Assembly: GCA_024638645.1 (NCBI GenBank)
Contig: JAHEJX010000213.1
Span: 969-64,968 of the forward strand
DNA length: 64,000 bases
DNA from: Actinomycetes bacterium
GTDB lineage: Bacteria > Actinomycetota > Acidimicrobiia > Spongiisociales > UBA5794
Direction of reading: 5' to 3'
In this document: piece after piece, positions 48,726 through 58,010 of the stretch
Layout: each line of letters starts with the position of its first letter
Position numbering within the stretch: the first letter of the stretch is position 1
Program-made: the position numbers and the translations under genes
The notes under the pieces: generated by a model
Databases searched by the model: none
Told to the model about the DNA's origin: nothing
Seen by the model: only the letters and a program-made list of their open reading frames with translations

Positions 48726-50285
48726 GTGAAGCGTTGGACGATCGCGCTTGGCGCTGCGGCGCTTGTGGTCGCTGCGTGTAGCGATTCGGGGCTGCCCGAG
48801 TCGACGACGACGCTCGTGCCCGACACCACCACAACCGTCGAGCCGCCCGCCTCACCTCCATGGCCCAGTAACGAGTGGCCGGTGTCGACACCGGAGGAGC
48901 AGGGCATGGACTCCGGCCAGCTCGCCGAGCTCGTGGAGCAAGTGGCTGCCACGCAGGAGATCGACAGCGTCACAGTGGTGCGCAATGGCTACGTCGTACT
49001 CGACTCCGTCTTCTACCCATTTGGCTGGGACGATCCTCACATCGTCCATTCAGTTACCAAAAGCGTTGTTGCCACCCTGATCGGCATCGCCATTGACCAA
49101 GGCCTGCTCTCCGGGATCGAGGTGCCGGTGATCGAGATTCTCTCCGGAGCCGCCCCAGACGTCATCGACGAACGCAAAGCGGGCGTTACCGTCGCGGATC
49201 TGCTGACGATGTCGACAGGCCTCGACTGCAGAGACTCGTACCTCTACGAATGGCAGGGTATGCGGGAGATGCAGCAGAGCGACGACTGGACGGCCCACGT
49301 CCTCGCTCTCCCGATGCGGGACGAGCCTGGAACCCGCTTCGAGTATTGCAACGGGTCGTCATTCCTACTCTCGGCGATCCTGTCACAGATCACCGGGATG
49401 CCGGCATCCGAGTACGCCCAGCAAGTGCTCTTCGGGCCGCTCCAGTTCGGCGGCTTCGAGTGGCCCGCGAGCCCGGACGGCATCACCATGGGGTGGGGCG
49501 AACTGTGGCTGCACCCCGCAGACATGGCGAGGTTCGGCTACCTGTATCTGCGGGAGGGAGAGTGGGACGGCACCGATCTCGTGTCGCCTGAGTGGGTCGA
49601 GGCCGCTACGACGAAGCACATTTCTGCAGGGACACTGTCCAATGGGTACGGCTACCAGTGGTGGATCTCCGACCAGGGCTACGCCATGGCGCTGGGCTTC
49701 GGGGGCCAGTACGTCTTGGTAGCACCTGAGCACCAGCTCGTGGTTGTGATCACTTCCGGCCTTGCGGGCAGTAGGTTCGGAATTCCGGAGGATCTCGTCA
49801 CGGGCAATGTCATTCCCGCGGTCGTCTCCGACATCTCGCTGCCGGCCAATCCAGACGCGCTGACTCGTCTCGCCGCAGCTGTGGCAGCAGCCGCCTCGAC
49901 ACCGGAGCTCTCCCCCTATATCCCGTCCGAGTTGCACTCGAATATTGGTTCCGCCCGGTACAGGTTCGTGGCAGACGAGCTCAGCGAGGCACCATTCGCG
50001 CTGCGGTTGGCGCCGGATGCAGCGTTCTTCGAACTCGAGGTGGACGGCGAACAGAGAGAGGTCGAGATCGGGCTGGACGGTCGGTTTGTGGTCGGCGACG
50101 CGATTCCGCTGGCGCTCCGAGGCAACTGGAGCGGCGAGGACAACTTCGTGGTCGAATACCAGGTCATCGGCGGCGTGGAGCGCGGCGTCTTCCGGTTCAA
50201 GTTCGTCGGCGACAGCGTAGAGGTCATGTATATCGACAACGCCGTCGGCATCTTCGGGCGGACGACCGCCGAACGGGTGGGCTGA
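48726..50285 (+). CDS. Serine hydrolase of the beta-lactamase/transpeptidase family, lipoprotein
   Basis: Lipobox LVVAAC. SxxK motif SVTKS. Class C/AmpC-like length. Confidence 0.75.
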   Translation: MKRWTIALGAAALVVAACSDSGLPESTTTLVPDTTTTVEPPASPPWPSNEWPVSTPEEQGMDSGQLAELVEQVAATQEIDSVTVVRNGYVVLDSVFYPFGWDDPHIVHSVTKSVVATLIGIAIDQGLLSGIEVPVIEILSGAAPDVIDERKAGVTVADLLTMSTGLDCRDSYLYEWQGMREMQQSDDWTAHVLALPMRDEPGTRFEYCNGSSFLLSAILSQITGMPASEYAQQVLFGPLQFGGFEWPASPDGITMGWGELWLHPADMARFGYLYLREGEWDGTDLVSPEWVEAATTKHISAGTLSNGYGYQWWISDQGYAMALGFGGQYVLVAPEHQLVVVITSGLAGSRFGIPEDLVTGNVIPAVVSDISLPANPDALTRLAAAVAAAASTPELSPYIPSELHSNIGSARYRFVADELSEAPFALRLAPDAAFFELEVDGEQREVEIGLDGRFVVGDAIPLALRGNWSGEDNFVVEYQVIGGVERGVFRFKFVGDSVEVMYIDNAVGIFGRTTAERVG

Positions 50286-50323
50286 CCATGCCGGAGGGTG
50301 ACGGCGGGACGGTCGGACCAGCC

Positions 50324-50827
50324 TTACGCCTGTAACGGGTCGGTTGGGATCGGGTTTGCCAGGCCTTCAACCGGAATGCCTCCGGCCGCAGTCAGCGCCG
50401 CCGGTCGCACCTTGATCTTCAGCGACCGACTGCCGCCACCGACGATGACCCACTCCTTGTCCATGATGCGCGAATCGATATAGAGCGGCAGATCGGGCGG
50501 CAGCCCGAAGACCGTGACTCCGCCCATGATCATCCCGGTGACCTCAGCAGTGACATCCGCGGCGGCGAAGGAGAGTTTCTTGACTTCCATGAGCCCACGT
50601 ACCCGCTTGTTGACGTCGAGCCGAGTGTTAGCGAGCACCAAGCACGCAGCGTATTGACCGGGTGGTCGCTTGGATGCCACCACGATCGTGTTTGCCGACT
50701 CATCGAGCTCGTACCCGTAGTGCGCACAGAACGCGGCAGTGTCGGCCAGCTCCGGATCGCAGTCCAGGAACTCATGTTCAATGCCGAGTGCCGCAACGGC
50801 CGCACGCACCTGCTGCTCAATGTCCAC
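50324..50827 (-). CDS. YbaK/ProX-type Cys/Pro-tRNA deacylase
   Basis: YbaK/EbsC family pattern (about 165 aa, GG..G.V..FG). Confidence 0.75.
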   Translation of the reverse strand: MDIEQQVRAAVAALGIEHEFLDCDPELADTAAFCAHYGYELDESANTIVVASKRPPGQYAACLVLANTRLDVNKRVRGLMEVKKLSFAAADVTAEVTGMIMGGVTVFGLPPDLPLYIDSRIMDKEWVIVGGGSRSLKIKVRPAALTAAGGIPVEGLANPIPTDPLQA

Positions 50828-51172
50828 CTGCGGGATTCAACCAGATGTTTGCAATTCGGACGGATACTCGATGCCGGATGCCGACAAAGTCATGGACCTA
50901 CGCCTGCGGCTATGCCAGACTGCGCAGACCAGAGAAAGGAGGTGGTCCAAGAATGCATTTAGGTTTATTTAGGACTCTGGAGGTGGCCGAGCGCTGAGCT
51001 GCGGCCCTGAATACCTCAGGAGTCGCGGCTCCCTGCACCCGCCAGGTGTTGCAGGTAGGTAGCGACTTCACCTTGGACCACCGTGACCCGGAGATCTGTG
51101 ATCTAGTCCTATCGCAGCGACGGCTGCAGCTCTCTATGAGTTCGCCGTTGAAGTGTCTTCGAGTTTGAATTG

Positions 51173-51205
51173 AGAAAGGGCGCCCCTTTTGGGGGCGCCC
51201 TTTCT
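51173..51205. other. Perfect 14-bp GC-rich hairpin (gagaaagggcgccc ctttt gggggcgccctttct) in a divergent promoter region
   Basis: Read directly. Confidence 0.6.
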
Positions 51206-51213
51206 GTTGCATT

Positions 51214-51239
51214 GCGCTAATCAGATGCGCTAATCAGAT
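51214..51239. promoter_or_regulatory. 13-bp perfect direct repeat x2 (gcgctaatcagat), ~70 nt upstream of the JAB gene start
   Basis: Read directly. Candidate operator. Confidence 0.4.
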
Positions 51240-51309
51240 TCGAGCGAGCTGCTTGGTCGGCACGGCCGCCTGGCTCCGTCGTTGCGGTGCCACGCCTATC
51301 TTCCCAATC

Positions 51310-51924
51310 ATGTCCACGATCGTTCTCGCCGAGTACCTGTTTCGCGGAGAAGCCGAGATCTCCCGTGCAGTTCTCGAAAGTGCCGGGATTCCGGCCATCG
51401 TGAAGGCCGAAGATGAAGGCGGCCTCAACCCCGGCTTCTATTCGGACTTCCGAGTGACGCTTCTAGTCAACGAGGCTGATGCTCGCGACGCCCGCGAAGT
51501 GCTCGGCATCGATCAGCCGCTTGTAGTTCCGGCGCAGGTCCGTGAGGCGATGATGGCTCACTCGTTGTGGGGGTACCCAAACGAAGCGTGTGGCCTGCTC
51601 GCCGGCACGGAGACCGGTGTCGAGATGGTCTTCTGTCTCACGAACCGGCTGGCGTCCTCAACCCGCTACACGATCGATCCGCGCGAACACTACGGCGCTG
51701 CAAGGTTGGCTGAGCGGTACGGGCTTTCGATTCTCGGCGCGTGGCATTCCCATCCGAACGGCGACGCAACGATCTCACCGACGGACATCGCCGAGTCGCC
51801 GGGCGGATCCTGGATCACACTGATCACCGGCAGATTCGGCAAGTCGAGTGAGGCCATAAGGGCCTATCGCACGGAGGGCAACAGCCCGATCGAACTCGAA
51901 GTGATCGTCGAACCGACCGCCTAG
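51310..51924 (+). CDS. DUF2007-like N-terminal domain fused to a JAB/MPN (Mov34) metalloprotease (Mec+/CysO-deconjugase-like)
   Basis: JAMM motif E..........HSHP....S..D (EACGLL...HSHPNGDATISPTD). Internal ATG chosen. Confidence 0.75.
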   Translation: MSTIVLAEYLFRGEAEISRAVLESAGIPAIVKAEDEGGLNPGFYSDFRVTLLVNEADARDAREVLGIDQPLVVPAQVREAMMAHSLWGYPNEACGLLAGTETGVEMVFCLTNRLASSTRYTIDPREHYGAARLAERYGLSILGAWHSHPNGDATISPTDIAESPGGSWITLITGRFGKSSEAIRAYRTEGNSPIELEVIVEPTA

Positions 51925-51931
51925 CCTGCAC

Positions 51932-52225
51932 TTGATGGAGAACGCTTCGGGAGATTCGGCCCAGATCTCGGCCCGGCACCTGCTCTACAGCCTCGTCGGC
52001 TGGGGCCTGCAGGCGGTATTCGGTGTGCTGGCTTTCGCATCCGGCCTGGTAGCCCCGCCGGCAGGAGTCGCCGTCATCGTTGCCGTGTGGATACTCACAG
52101 CCGCCTACTCCGTCGTCCGGTGGAAACGGACGCCGATGGTGCCACTCGGTATGGGACTGCTCGCCGGTGTCTTGATCGTCGGCATCATCGCCTTCGGCGG
52201 AGCCTTTCTGGATTGGAACGCCTAA
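51932..52225 (+). CDS. Small 3-TM membrane protein
   Basis: Hydrophobicity. TAATG coupling to the next gene. Confidence 0.4.
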   Translation: MMENASGDSAQISARHLLYSLVGWGLQAVFGVLAFASGLVAPPAGVAVIVAVWILTAAYSVVRWKRTPMVPLGMGLLAGVLIVGIIAFGGAFLDWNA

Positions 52226-52971
52226 TGCGGCTCGATGTGCTCGGGTCGAGCGGTACGGCTCCCACTAGGGACAACCCGGCAAGTGGATACTTGCTGCGGC
52301 ACGGTGACACGACCATCTGGATGGACGCCGGTCCTGGTACATACATGGCGTTGCTAGGGCTTGTCGACGTCGGCGAGGTGGACGCAGTGCTGTTGTCGCA
52401 CATGCACCCCGATCACTGCACAGACCTGTTCGCCCTGTTCCAAGGGCTCAAGTACGTGCGACGCCTCGAGGTCGATCCGGTGCCGGTGGTGGCCCCCGAT
52501 GGATCGATTGAACGCCTCCAAGGCTTCGTCCAGGGTGGCGACGACCACGCGCTCTTTGCAGTTCTTGCGATACATGAGGCGCAGCCGGGGGAGACTCTGC
52601 ACTTCGGCGATTTCACCGTGAGCCCCCAGGCTGCACACCATTCGGTGCCGGCGCTCGCCTACCGGGTAGAAGCCGGCGCGGGCGCTCTCGGCTATACGGG
52701 CGACACCGGAGCAAGCGACATGGTGACCGAGCATTTCGCAGGCACCCATACACTGCTCGCAGAAGCCAGCCTTCCAGCTGGAGATCGTTACCCGTTCCAT
52801 ATGACCGCGCAAGAAGCCGGTCGCCTCGGTGCGGCTACGGGGGCTCAGCATTTGATACTCACCCATATCCCTGAATTCATCGATGGTGGCGACAGCCTCG
52901 CCGAGGCGGCTGTGGTCTATGGGGGACGGCTGAGTTTGGCTCGGCCGGGCGACGTGTACATGATCGAGTAG
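52225..52971 (+). CDS. MBL-fold metallo-hydrolase
   Basis: HxHxDH motif (SHMHPDHCTD). Confidence 0.75.
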   Translation: MRLDVLGSSGTAPTRDNPASGYLLRHGDTTIWMDAGPGTYMALLGLVDVGEVDAVLLSHMHPDHCTDLFALFQGLKYVRRLEVDPVPVVAPDGSIERLQGFVQGGDDHALFAVLAIHEAQPGETLHFGDFTVSPQAAHHSVPALAYRVEAGAGALGYTGDTGASDMVTEHFAGTHTLLAEASLPAGDRYPFHMTAQEAGRLGAATGAQHLILTHIPEFIDGGDSLAEAAVVYGGRLSLARPGDVYMIE

Positions 52972-52989
52972 GGCAGACAGGGAAGGCAG

Positions 52990-53703
52990 ATGAGCGAGTC
53001 AATCAGGACCGAACGCGCAGTAGACGAGCTGCGGCCAGTAAAGATCACTCGCGGGTTCACAGAGATGACACCCGGTTCGGTCTTGATCGAAATGGGCAAG
53101 ACCAAGGTGCTCTGCACCGTATCGGTCGAGCTCGATGTGCCGCCATGGATGCGCGATACAGGCAAGGGCTGGGTCACTGCCGAATACTCGATGCTCCCCG
53201 GCTCGGGCACCGAGCGTATTTCCCGGCGATCTGCCAGCAGTGGGCGAACCAAGGAGATTCAGCGCCTCATTGGGCGTTCGCTGCGCGCAATCGTCGACTT
53301 CGAGGCGCTGGGCGAGATCACCGCCCGGGTCGACTGCGACGTCCTGCAGGCTGACGGCGGCACCCGCACGGCATCAATCACAGGGGCCTGGGTCGCATTG
53401 GCCGATGCCATGGATTCGCTGGTCGCGGCCGGCCACCTCGATGCATCTCCAATCACCGATCACCTGGGGGCAATCTCGATTGGCCTATATGAAGGGGAGG
53501 TTCTGCTCGACCTCGACTACCGCGAGGACGTGGCCGTCGACGTCGACTGCAATGTCGTCATGACAGGGAGTGGCGACCTCGTCGAGATCCAGGGCACCGC
53601 AGAAGGTGGCACATTCACCCGCGACGAGCTCAACCGGATGATCGACACAGCCGCAGCCGGCATCGCCGGCCTGGTGGAATCGCAGAAGGCATCCCGTAGC
53701 TAG
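52990..53703 (+). CDS. rph: Ribonuclease PH
   Basis: Canonical RNase PH sequence (GSVL...G.TKVLCT...DY..DGGTRTA). Confidence 0.9.
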   Translation: MSESIRTERAVDELRPVKITRGFTEMTPGSVLIEMGKTKVLCTVSVELDVPPWMRDTGKGWVTAEYSMLPGSGTERISRRSASSGRTKEIQRLIGRSLRAIVDFEALGEITARVDCDVLQADGGTRTASITGAWVALADAMDSLVAAGHLDASPITDHLGAISIGLYEGEVLLDLDYREDVAVDVDCNVVMTGSGDLVEIQGTAEGGTFTRDELNRMIDTAAAGIAGLVESQKASRS

Positions 53704-54282
53704 ATGGATCTGTCGCAACCCGTCGTTGTGGCCTCGCAGAATCCAGACAAGATTGCCGAGATCGAATCGGTGCTCGCCGACCTCGGAGTTCAGATATCAA
53801 AGGGCCACGAATGGCCGGAAGTCGAAGAGACTGAGGACACGCTCGTCGGGAACGCCCTGCTGAAAGCTCGAACGGTCGTGGGTCACACCGGGTTGCCGGC
53901 GATCGCAGATGACACCGGCCTCGAAGTCGACGCCCTGAGCGGAGCTCCCGGCGTGCACACCGCCCGCTATGCCGGTCCAGACGCTCGCTACGAAGACAAC
54001 GTCGCCAAGTTGCTCCAGGAGCTCGGCGAAGAGACGAACCGAAATGCTCGTTTCAGAACCGTCGTGGCCATGGTGACTCCGGACGGCTACGAACTCACTG
54101 TGGAGGGGGTTCTCGAGGGCAGCATCGCCCACGAGCGACGTGGTGTCGGCGGCTTCGGCTACGACCCGGTATTCCTCGTCGGCGATGCCACGCTCGCCGA
54201 GGTCGACATCGCCGCCAAACAGGAAATCTCCCATCGTGCCCGTGCCCTCCGCGCACTCCACAACGCTCTCTCAAACACCTAA
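53704..54282 (+). CDS. rdgB: Non-canonical purine NTP pyrophosphatase RdgB/Ham1
   Basis: Ham1 family motifs (ASQN..K..E, DDTGLEVDAL.G.PG). Confidence 0.9.
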   Translation: MDLSQPVVVASQNPDKIAEIESVLADLGVQISKGHEWPEVEETEDTLVGNALLKARTVVGHTGLPAIADDTGLEVDALSGAPGVHTARYAGPDARYEDNVAKLLQELGEETNRNARFRTVVAMVTPDGYELTVEGVLEGSIAHERRGVGGFGYDPVFLVGDATLAEVDIAAKQEISHRARALRALHNALSNT

Positions 54283-54335
54283 TACCTAATACCTAATACC
54301 TAATACCTAATACCTAATACCTAATACCTAATACC
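54280..54335. repeat. Heptanucleotide microsatellite (TAATACC)x8, starting at the rdgB stop codon
   Basis: Read directly. Confidence 0.9.
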
Positions 54336-54340
54336 AATAA

Positions 54341-54375
54341 CTAGAGACCCCGGGAAGTGGCTCCGGGGTCTCTAA
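54341..54375 (+). terminator. 11-bp stem-loop (agagaccccgg / ccggggtctct) after the repeat array
   Basis: Read directly. Confidence 0.5.
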
Positions 54376-54435
54376 GGCCGCGCACGGCACACCTGGCGAC
54401 TACGCCTGTACCAAAATCGTAAGGTTGGAAGGGGG

Positions 54436-54660
54436 TTAGTCCTCGATCCAGCTGATCGTGATGTGACTGTCGTTGTTCGAGGTGGTCTCTTCGGTATCGA
54501 AGGTCGCCCTGATGTAAGAACCATCGTGGCTGGAGACCATCTGGACAACGTGCTCGTCTGTGGAAAGGAACTTGCGCTGCAAATCGAAGACGATCTGCAT
54601 TTCGAGCTCTTTGCGGTGAGCCTCGAGGCGGGCGAACGCCGCCTTCATGGTGTTCGACAT
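54436..54660 (-). CDS. Small hypothetical cytosolic protein (74 aa)
   Basis: ORF with balanced composition. No recognised domain. Confidence 0.35.
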   Translation of the reverse strand: MSNTMKAAFARLEAHRKELEMQIVFDLQRKFLSTDEHVVQMVSSHDGSYIRATFDTEETTSNNDSHITISWIED

Positions 54661-54863
54661 ACTTGGTCCTTACGTAGCTTATCGGCGTGGTAATTCAGAT
54701 ATCGGCAGCTGCGGGCCAAAAACTGGAGGGTGGTTCGAAAAAATGTCTGAAGGACTAGTCAGTCGCCGGGGAGCTGCGCCGGTGACTACTCGGGATATCC
54801 TCCTAGACACGTTCAGTGGCTGCCACATACACTCTGCGTTACATAAGTCGATCGGTGGGGATA

Positions 54864-55508
54864 ATGAAGTTGAAGAAGTCAATTGCAGTCGTCGCGCTTG
54901 CCCTGTTGTCCACGTTCGCACTGGCAGGCGTCGCCTTGGCCGCAGAATCTGACGACTCCGCAGAGGGCACGATCGTGACTCCTCAGGTCATCGTCGATGA
55001 AGAGAACGGCGTAGTCCTGATCGGCTTGCCGATCGATGGGGAGCTTCCCGAGTGCTCGCCCGAGGATCCGACCGATCCCGGCGACGGAATTTCCGGCGAC
55101 GCGTCAGACGGCACCGCCGATGGTGAAGAAGGCGAGGCCGCCGAGACTTATGGCCCGGGGGACTGCATCGAGATCGTCATCGAGCACCCGAGTGGCAAGA
55201 CCCATCACGGTGCGGTTGTTTCGACCGTCGCCAAGAACCTCCATCCGTCGATGCTCGACGGCATCAAAAAGGGCGAGATCATGCGCTACGTCGCCAAGAC
55301 CGGCAAGGTCGACGACGGCGATGGTGATGGTGATGGCGGGGAGACCGTCACCGAGAAGGTCAAGTCTGAGAAAAAGGTCAAGTCTGAGAAGAAGGTCAAG
55401 TCTGAGAAGAAGGACAAGTCTGAGAAGAAGGACAAGTCCAATCGGGGTGGCAACGGCAAGGCCGATCGTCCCAACAACGGGAAGTCCGACCGAGGCATTC
55501 GCGGCTAG
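54864..55508 (+). CDS. Secreted acidic protein with C-terminal K-S-E-K-K tandem repeats
   Basis: Signal peptide MKLKKSIAVVALALLSTFALAGVALA. (KVKSEKK)x3-(DKSEKK)x2. Confidence 0.45.
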   Translation: MKLKKSIAVVALALLSTFALAGVALAAESDDSAEGTIVTPQVIVDEENGVVLIGLPIDGELPECSPEDPTDPGDGISGDASDGTADGEEGEAAETYGPGDCIEIVIEHPSGKTHHGAVVSTVAKNLHPSMLDGIKKGEIMRYVAKTGKVDDGDGDGDGGETVTEKVKSEKKVKSEKKVKSEKKDKSEKKDKSNRGGNGKADRPNNGKSDRGIRG

Positions 55509-55638
55509 TTGAGCTCGCCGTGCGGACTCCGCCCTGTGCTGAATCGAGACGTTCATCACTGATTGCCTCTGATGGCTTGTGACAAAACGGTTGCACATCC
55601 CGTGGACGTCACTAGTGGGTCGTCGCTAGCGTCGCCGT

Positions 55639-56316
55639 GTGGACAAATCCTCATCACCGACACTTCAAGATGTGCCGGCCATCGTCGGCCGTGGCATAGA
55701 CAACTACAAGAAGTCTTTTCTTCCGGCGTCCGCAATGGGCCTCGCGGTTCTTGTGCTCTACGGGGCAGCCCGCATCACGGCGCAGTCGGCTGTCGACTCA
55801 AACGATCTCGGGGTTGCATTCGCGATTGACGCAGTCGGCCTGGTAGCCGCAACGATCCTGGCCCTTCCATGGTTCAGATTGGCCCTCCGCACGGAGTGGG
55901 AAATCGAGGCCGATGCGCAGTCGGAGCTGTCTGACTTGAAGTGGGGATCGATGGTCGTCGCCGCACTCTTCTTCTGGGCCGGGATCCTGCTCGGTATCCG
56001 ATACATGGTGGGGATCCCGAGCATCTTCATGTTGATTTGGTACGGCCTGTTCGGCTTCGCAGTTGCTGCCGGAGTATCGCCTGGACTGAAAGCGTTGGGC
56101 ACCAGTGTCCGCCTCGGGCAGGGTCGGCGGCGGACCGTCGCCGCCGTGGCATTCGTCCTCGCGCTGTTCAACTTGCTCGGACTTCTCCCAATTGGAGCCG
56201 GCGTGAACGCGATCACGATCGTGGGCGCGGTCCTGCTATTGACCGTTACGACCAACGTTTCCCTCGGAGCGGGAGCACATCTATTCGACTGGCTGGTGAG
56301 GAGTGAGACAGCATGA
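55639..56316 (+). CDS. Hypothetical polytopic membrane protein (5-6 TM)
   Basis: Hydrophobicity. ATGA coupling with ptsI. Confidence 0.4.
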   Translation: MDKSSSPTLQDVPAIVGRGIDNYKKSFLPASAMGLAVLVLYGAARITAQSAVDSNDLGVAFAIDAVGLVAATILALPWFRLALRTEWEIEADAQSELSDLKWGSMVVAALFFWAGILLGIRYMVGIPSIFMLIWYGLFGFAVAAGVSPGLKALGTSVRLGQGRRRTVAAVAFVLALFNLLGLLPIGAGVNAITIVGAVLLLTVTTNVSLGAGAHLFDWLVRSETA

Positions 56317-58010
56317 GCGAGATGGTTGTCATCGATGGGGCCGCGGCCTCGCCTGGAATCGGCGATGGTCCGGCTTTCGTAATTCGGCTCGAGGAGCCAG
56401 AGATCCCCGACCTTGATGATCCGCACGGTGCGTTCATCGCGGCCGCAGCGACTGCTTCGAGCCAACTGACCGAACTTGCATCCAGCGCAGACTCCGCCGG
56501 GCTCGAAGAGGCCGGTGAGATCCTTCGTGCGCAGGCGATGATGGCAGATGATCCGATGCTTGCCGACGAGGTCAAGGCTGCTCTGGCGGCCGGCCTGGAT
56601 CTTGGTGACGCTATCGACGGCGCCGCCAACCAAATTGCCGAGTCGCTCCGCAACGCCGGCAGTGACTATCTCGCGGAACGCGCTGCGGATGTCGGCGAGA
56701 TCGCCAAGCGGATTCGCTTCGCCGTGGCCGGCGTCACACCGGCGGGTCTCGACGACTTGGCAGAACGCGCCGTAGTGGTCGCACGATCGTTGACGGCCGC
56801 CGACACCGCAGGCATGAACCCCGAGCTCGTTGCCGGCTTTGTAACCGAGGAGGGCGGTCCGACCGGGCATGTTGCGGTGATAGCCCGGGCCTTGGGGATT
56901 CCTGCCGCAGTCGCCGTCCCTGGTGCGACCGACGCCGTGGCAACTGGCGAAGGTGTAATCGTCGACGGCAGTAGGGGTCGTGCTGTGTTTCGTCCCGACG
57001 ACACGACTCGAGCGGAATACACAGCGAGGGCAACGGCTCATGAGGAGCAACTGGCGGCCGCGCAGCTCTACCGCGGCCAGGGTGTTTCATTCGGGACTAG
57101 GGCGATGAAGGTCGCCGCCAATGTCGGCGGCCCAGACGATATTCAAGTCGCAGCAGCAGAGGGTGCGGATGGGGTTGGACTGTTCCGCACCGAGTTCCTC
57201 TTCCTCGACGCCGACGAACCACCAAGCGAAGAGAAACAGGTTGCGGCCTATCGGCAAGCCCTTGAGCGCTTCTCGGACCCAGTGGTCATTCGAACTTTCG
57301 ATATCGGAGGTGACAAACCGGCTCCCTATTTGAAACTAGAGGTCGAAGAGAATCCGTTCCTCGGTGTGAGGGGAATGCGCTTGTACGAGGGCCAGTGGGA
57401 CCTTGCCGTCAGCCAGGCGAGAGCGTTGCTTCGGGCCGCAACGTCGGGTGAACTCTGGGTGATGGCGCCGATGGTCGCGACCGTCGCCGACGCCGCGACG
57501 ATGAGGGACCTGTTCAGCGGGGCAGCTTTGGCCCTCGATGCGGAAGGACTCGAGCACGGCAAAGTGAAGCTCGGCGTCATGGTCGAGGTGCCGTCGGCAG
57601 CACTCAACGCGGCGGCACTGGCGAAGTACGTCGACTTCTTCTCGATAGGGACGAACGATTTGACCCAATACACGCTGGCAGTGGACCGCACCTCGGCTCC
57701 ACTGGCGGGGTACCTGGATGCCGCAGAGCCTTCGGTGTTGAAGTTGTGCGCTATGACGGCCAAGGCCGGTTCTCAACACGGTCTGTCTGTGTCCGTATGC
57801 GGCGAAGCCGCTTCCGACCCGGGGTTGGCGCTTCTATTCGCGGCAATGGGTATGGACAAACTCTCGGTAACGGCCCCCGCGGTCAACCTGATCAAGAAGA
57901 CGATCGCTGAGGCTGATGCAGCCGCTATGGATCCCGTGCTGGAAGCGTGCCTCAGCGCCGGTTCGGCCGGCGAGGTTCGTACGCTTCTGGATCGAACGCT
58001 CACAAGCTGA
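56313..58010 (+). CDS. ptsI: Phosphoenolpyruvate-protein phosphotransferase (PTS Enzyme I)
   Basis: Phospho-His loop GGPTGHVAVIARALGIP and PEP-utilising C-terminal domain. Confidence 0.9.
   Translation: MSEMVVIDGAAASPGIGDGPAFVIRLEEPEIPDLDDPHGAFIAAAATASSQLTELASSADSAGLEEAGEILRAQAMMADDPMLADEVKAALAAGLDLGDAIDGAANQIAESLRNAGSDYLAERAADVGEIAKRIRFAVAGVTPAGLDDLAERAVVVARSLTAADTAGMNPELVAGFVTEEGGPTGHVAVIARALGIPAAVAVPGATDAVATGEGVIVDGSRGRAVFRPDDTTRAEYTARATAHEEQLAAAQLYRGQGVSFGTRAMKVAANVGGPDDIQVAAAEGADGVGLFRTEFLFLDADEPPSEEKQVAAYRQALERFSDPVVIRTFDIGGDKPAPYLKLEVEENPFLGVRGMRLYEGQWDLAVSQARALLRAATSGELWVMAPMVATVADAATMRDLFSGAALALDAEGLEHGKVKLGVMVEVPSAALNAAALAKYVDFFSIGTNDLTQYTLAVDRTSAPLAGYLDAAEPSVLKLCAMTAKAGSQHGLSVSVCGEAASDPGLALLFAAMGMDKLSVTAPAVNLIKKTIAEADAAAMDPVLEACLSAGSAGEVRTLLDRTLTS

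Noticed and set aside
50950-51060. Possible tRNA-like sequence (ggaggtggccgagcgc...)
   Set aside because: It lacks the invariant GG of the D-loop, has a 5-nt rather than 7-nt anticodon loop candidate, and has no T-arm GTTCRANYC. It is not a tRNA.
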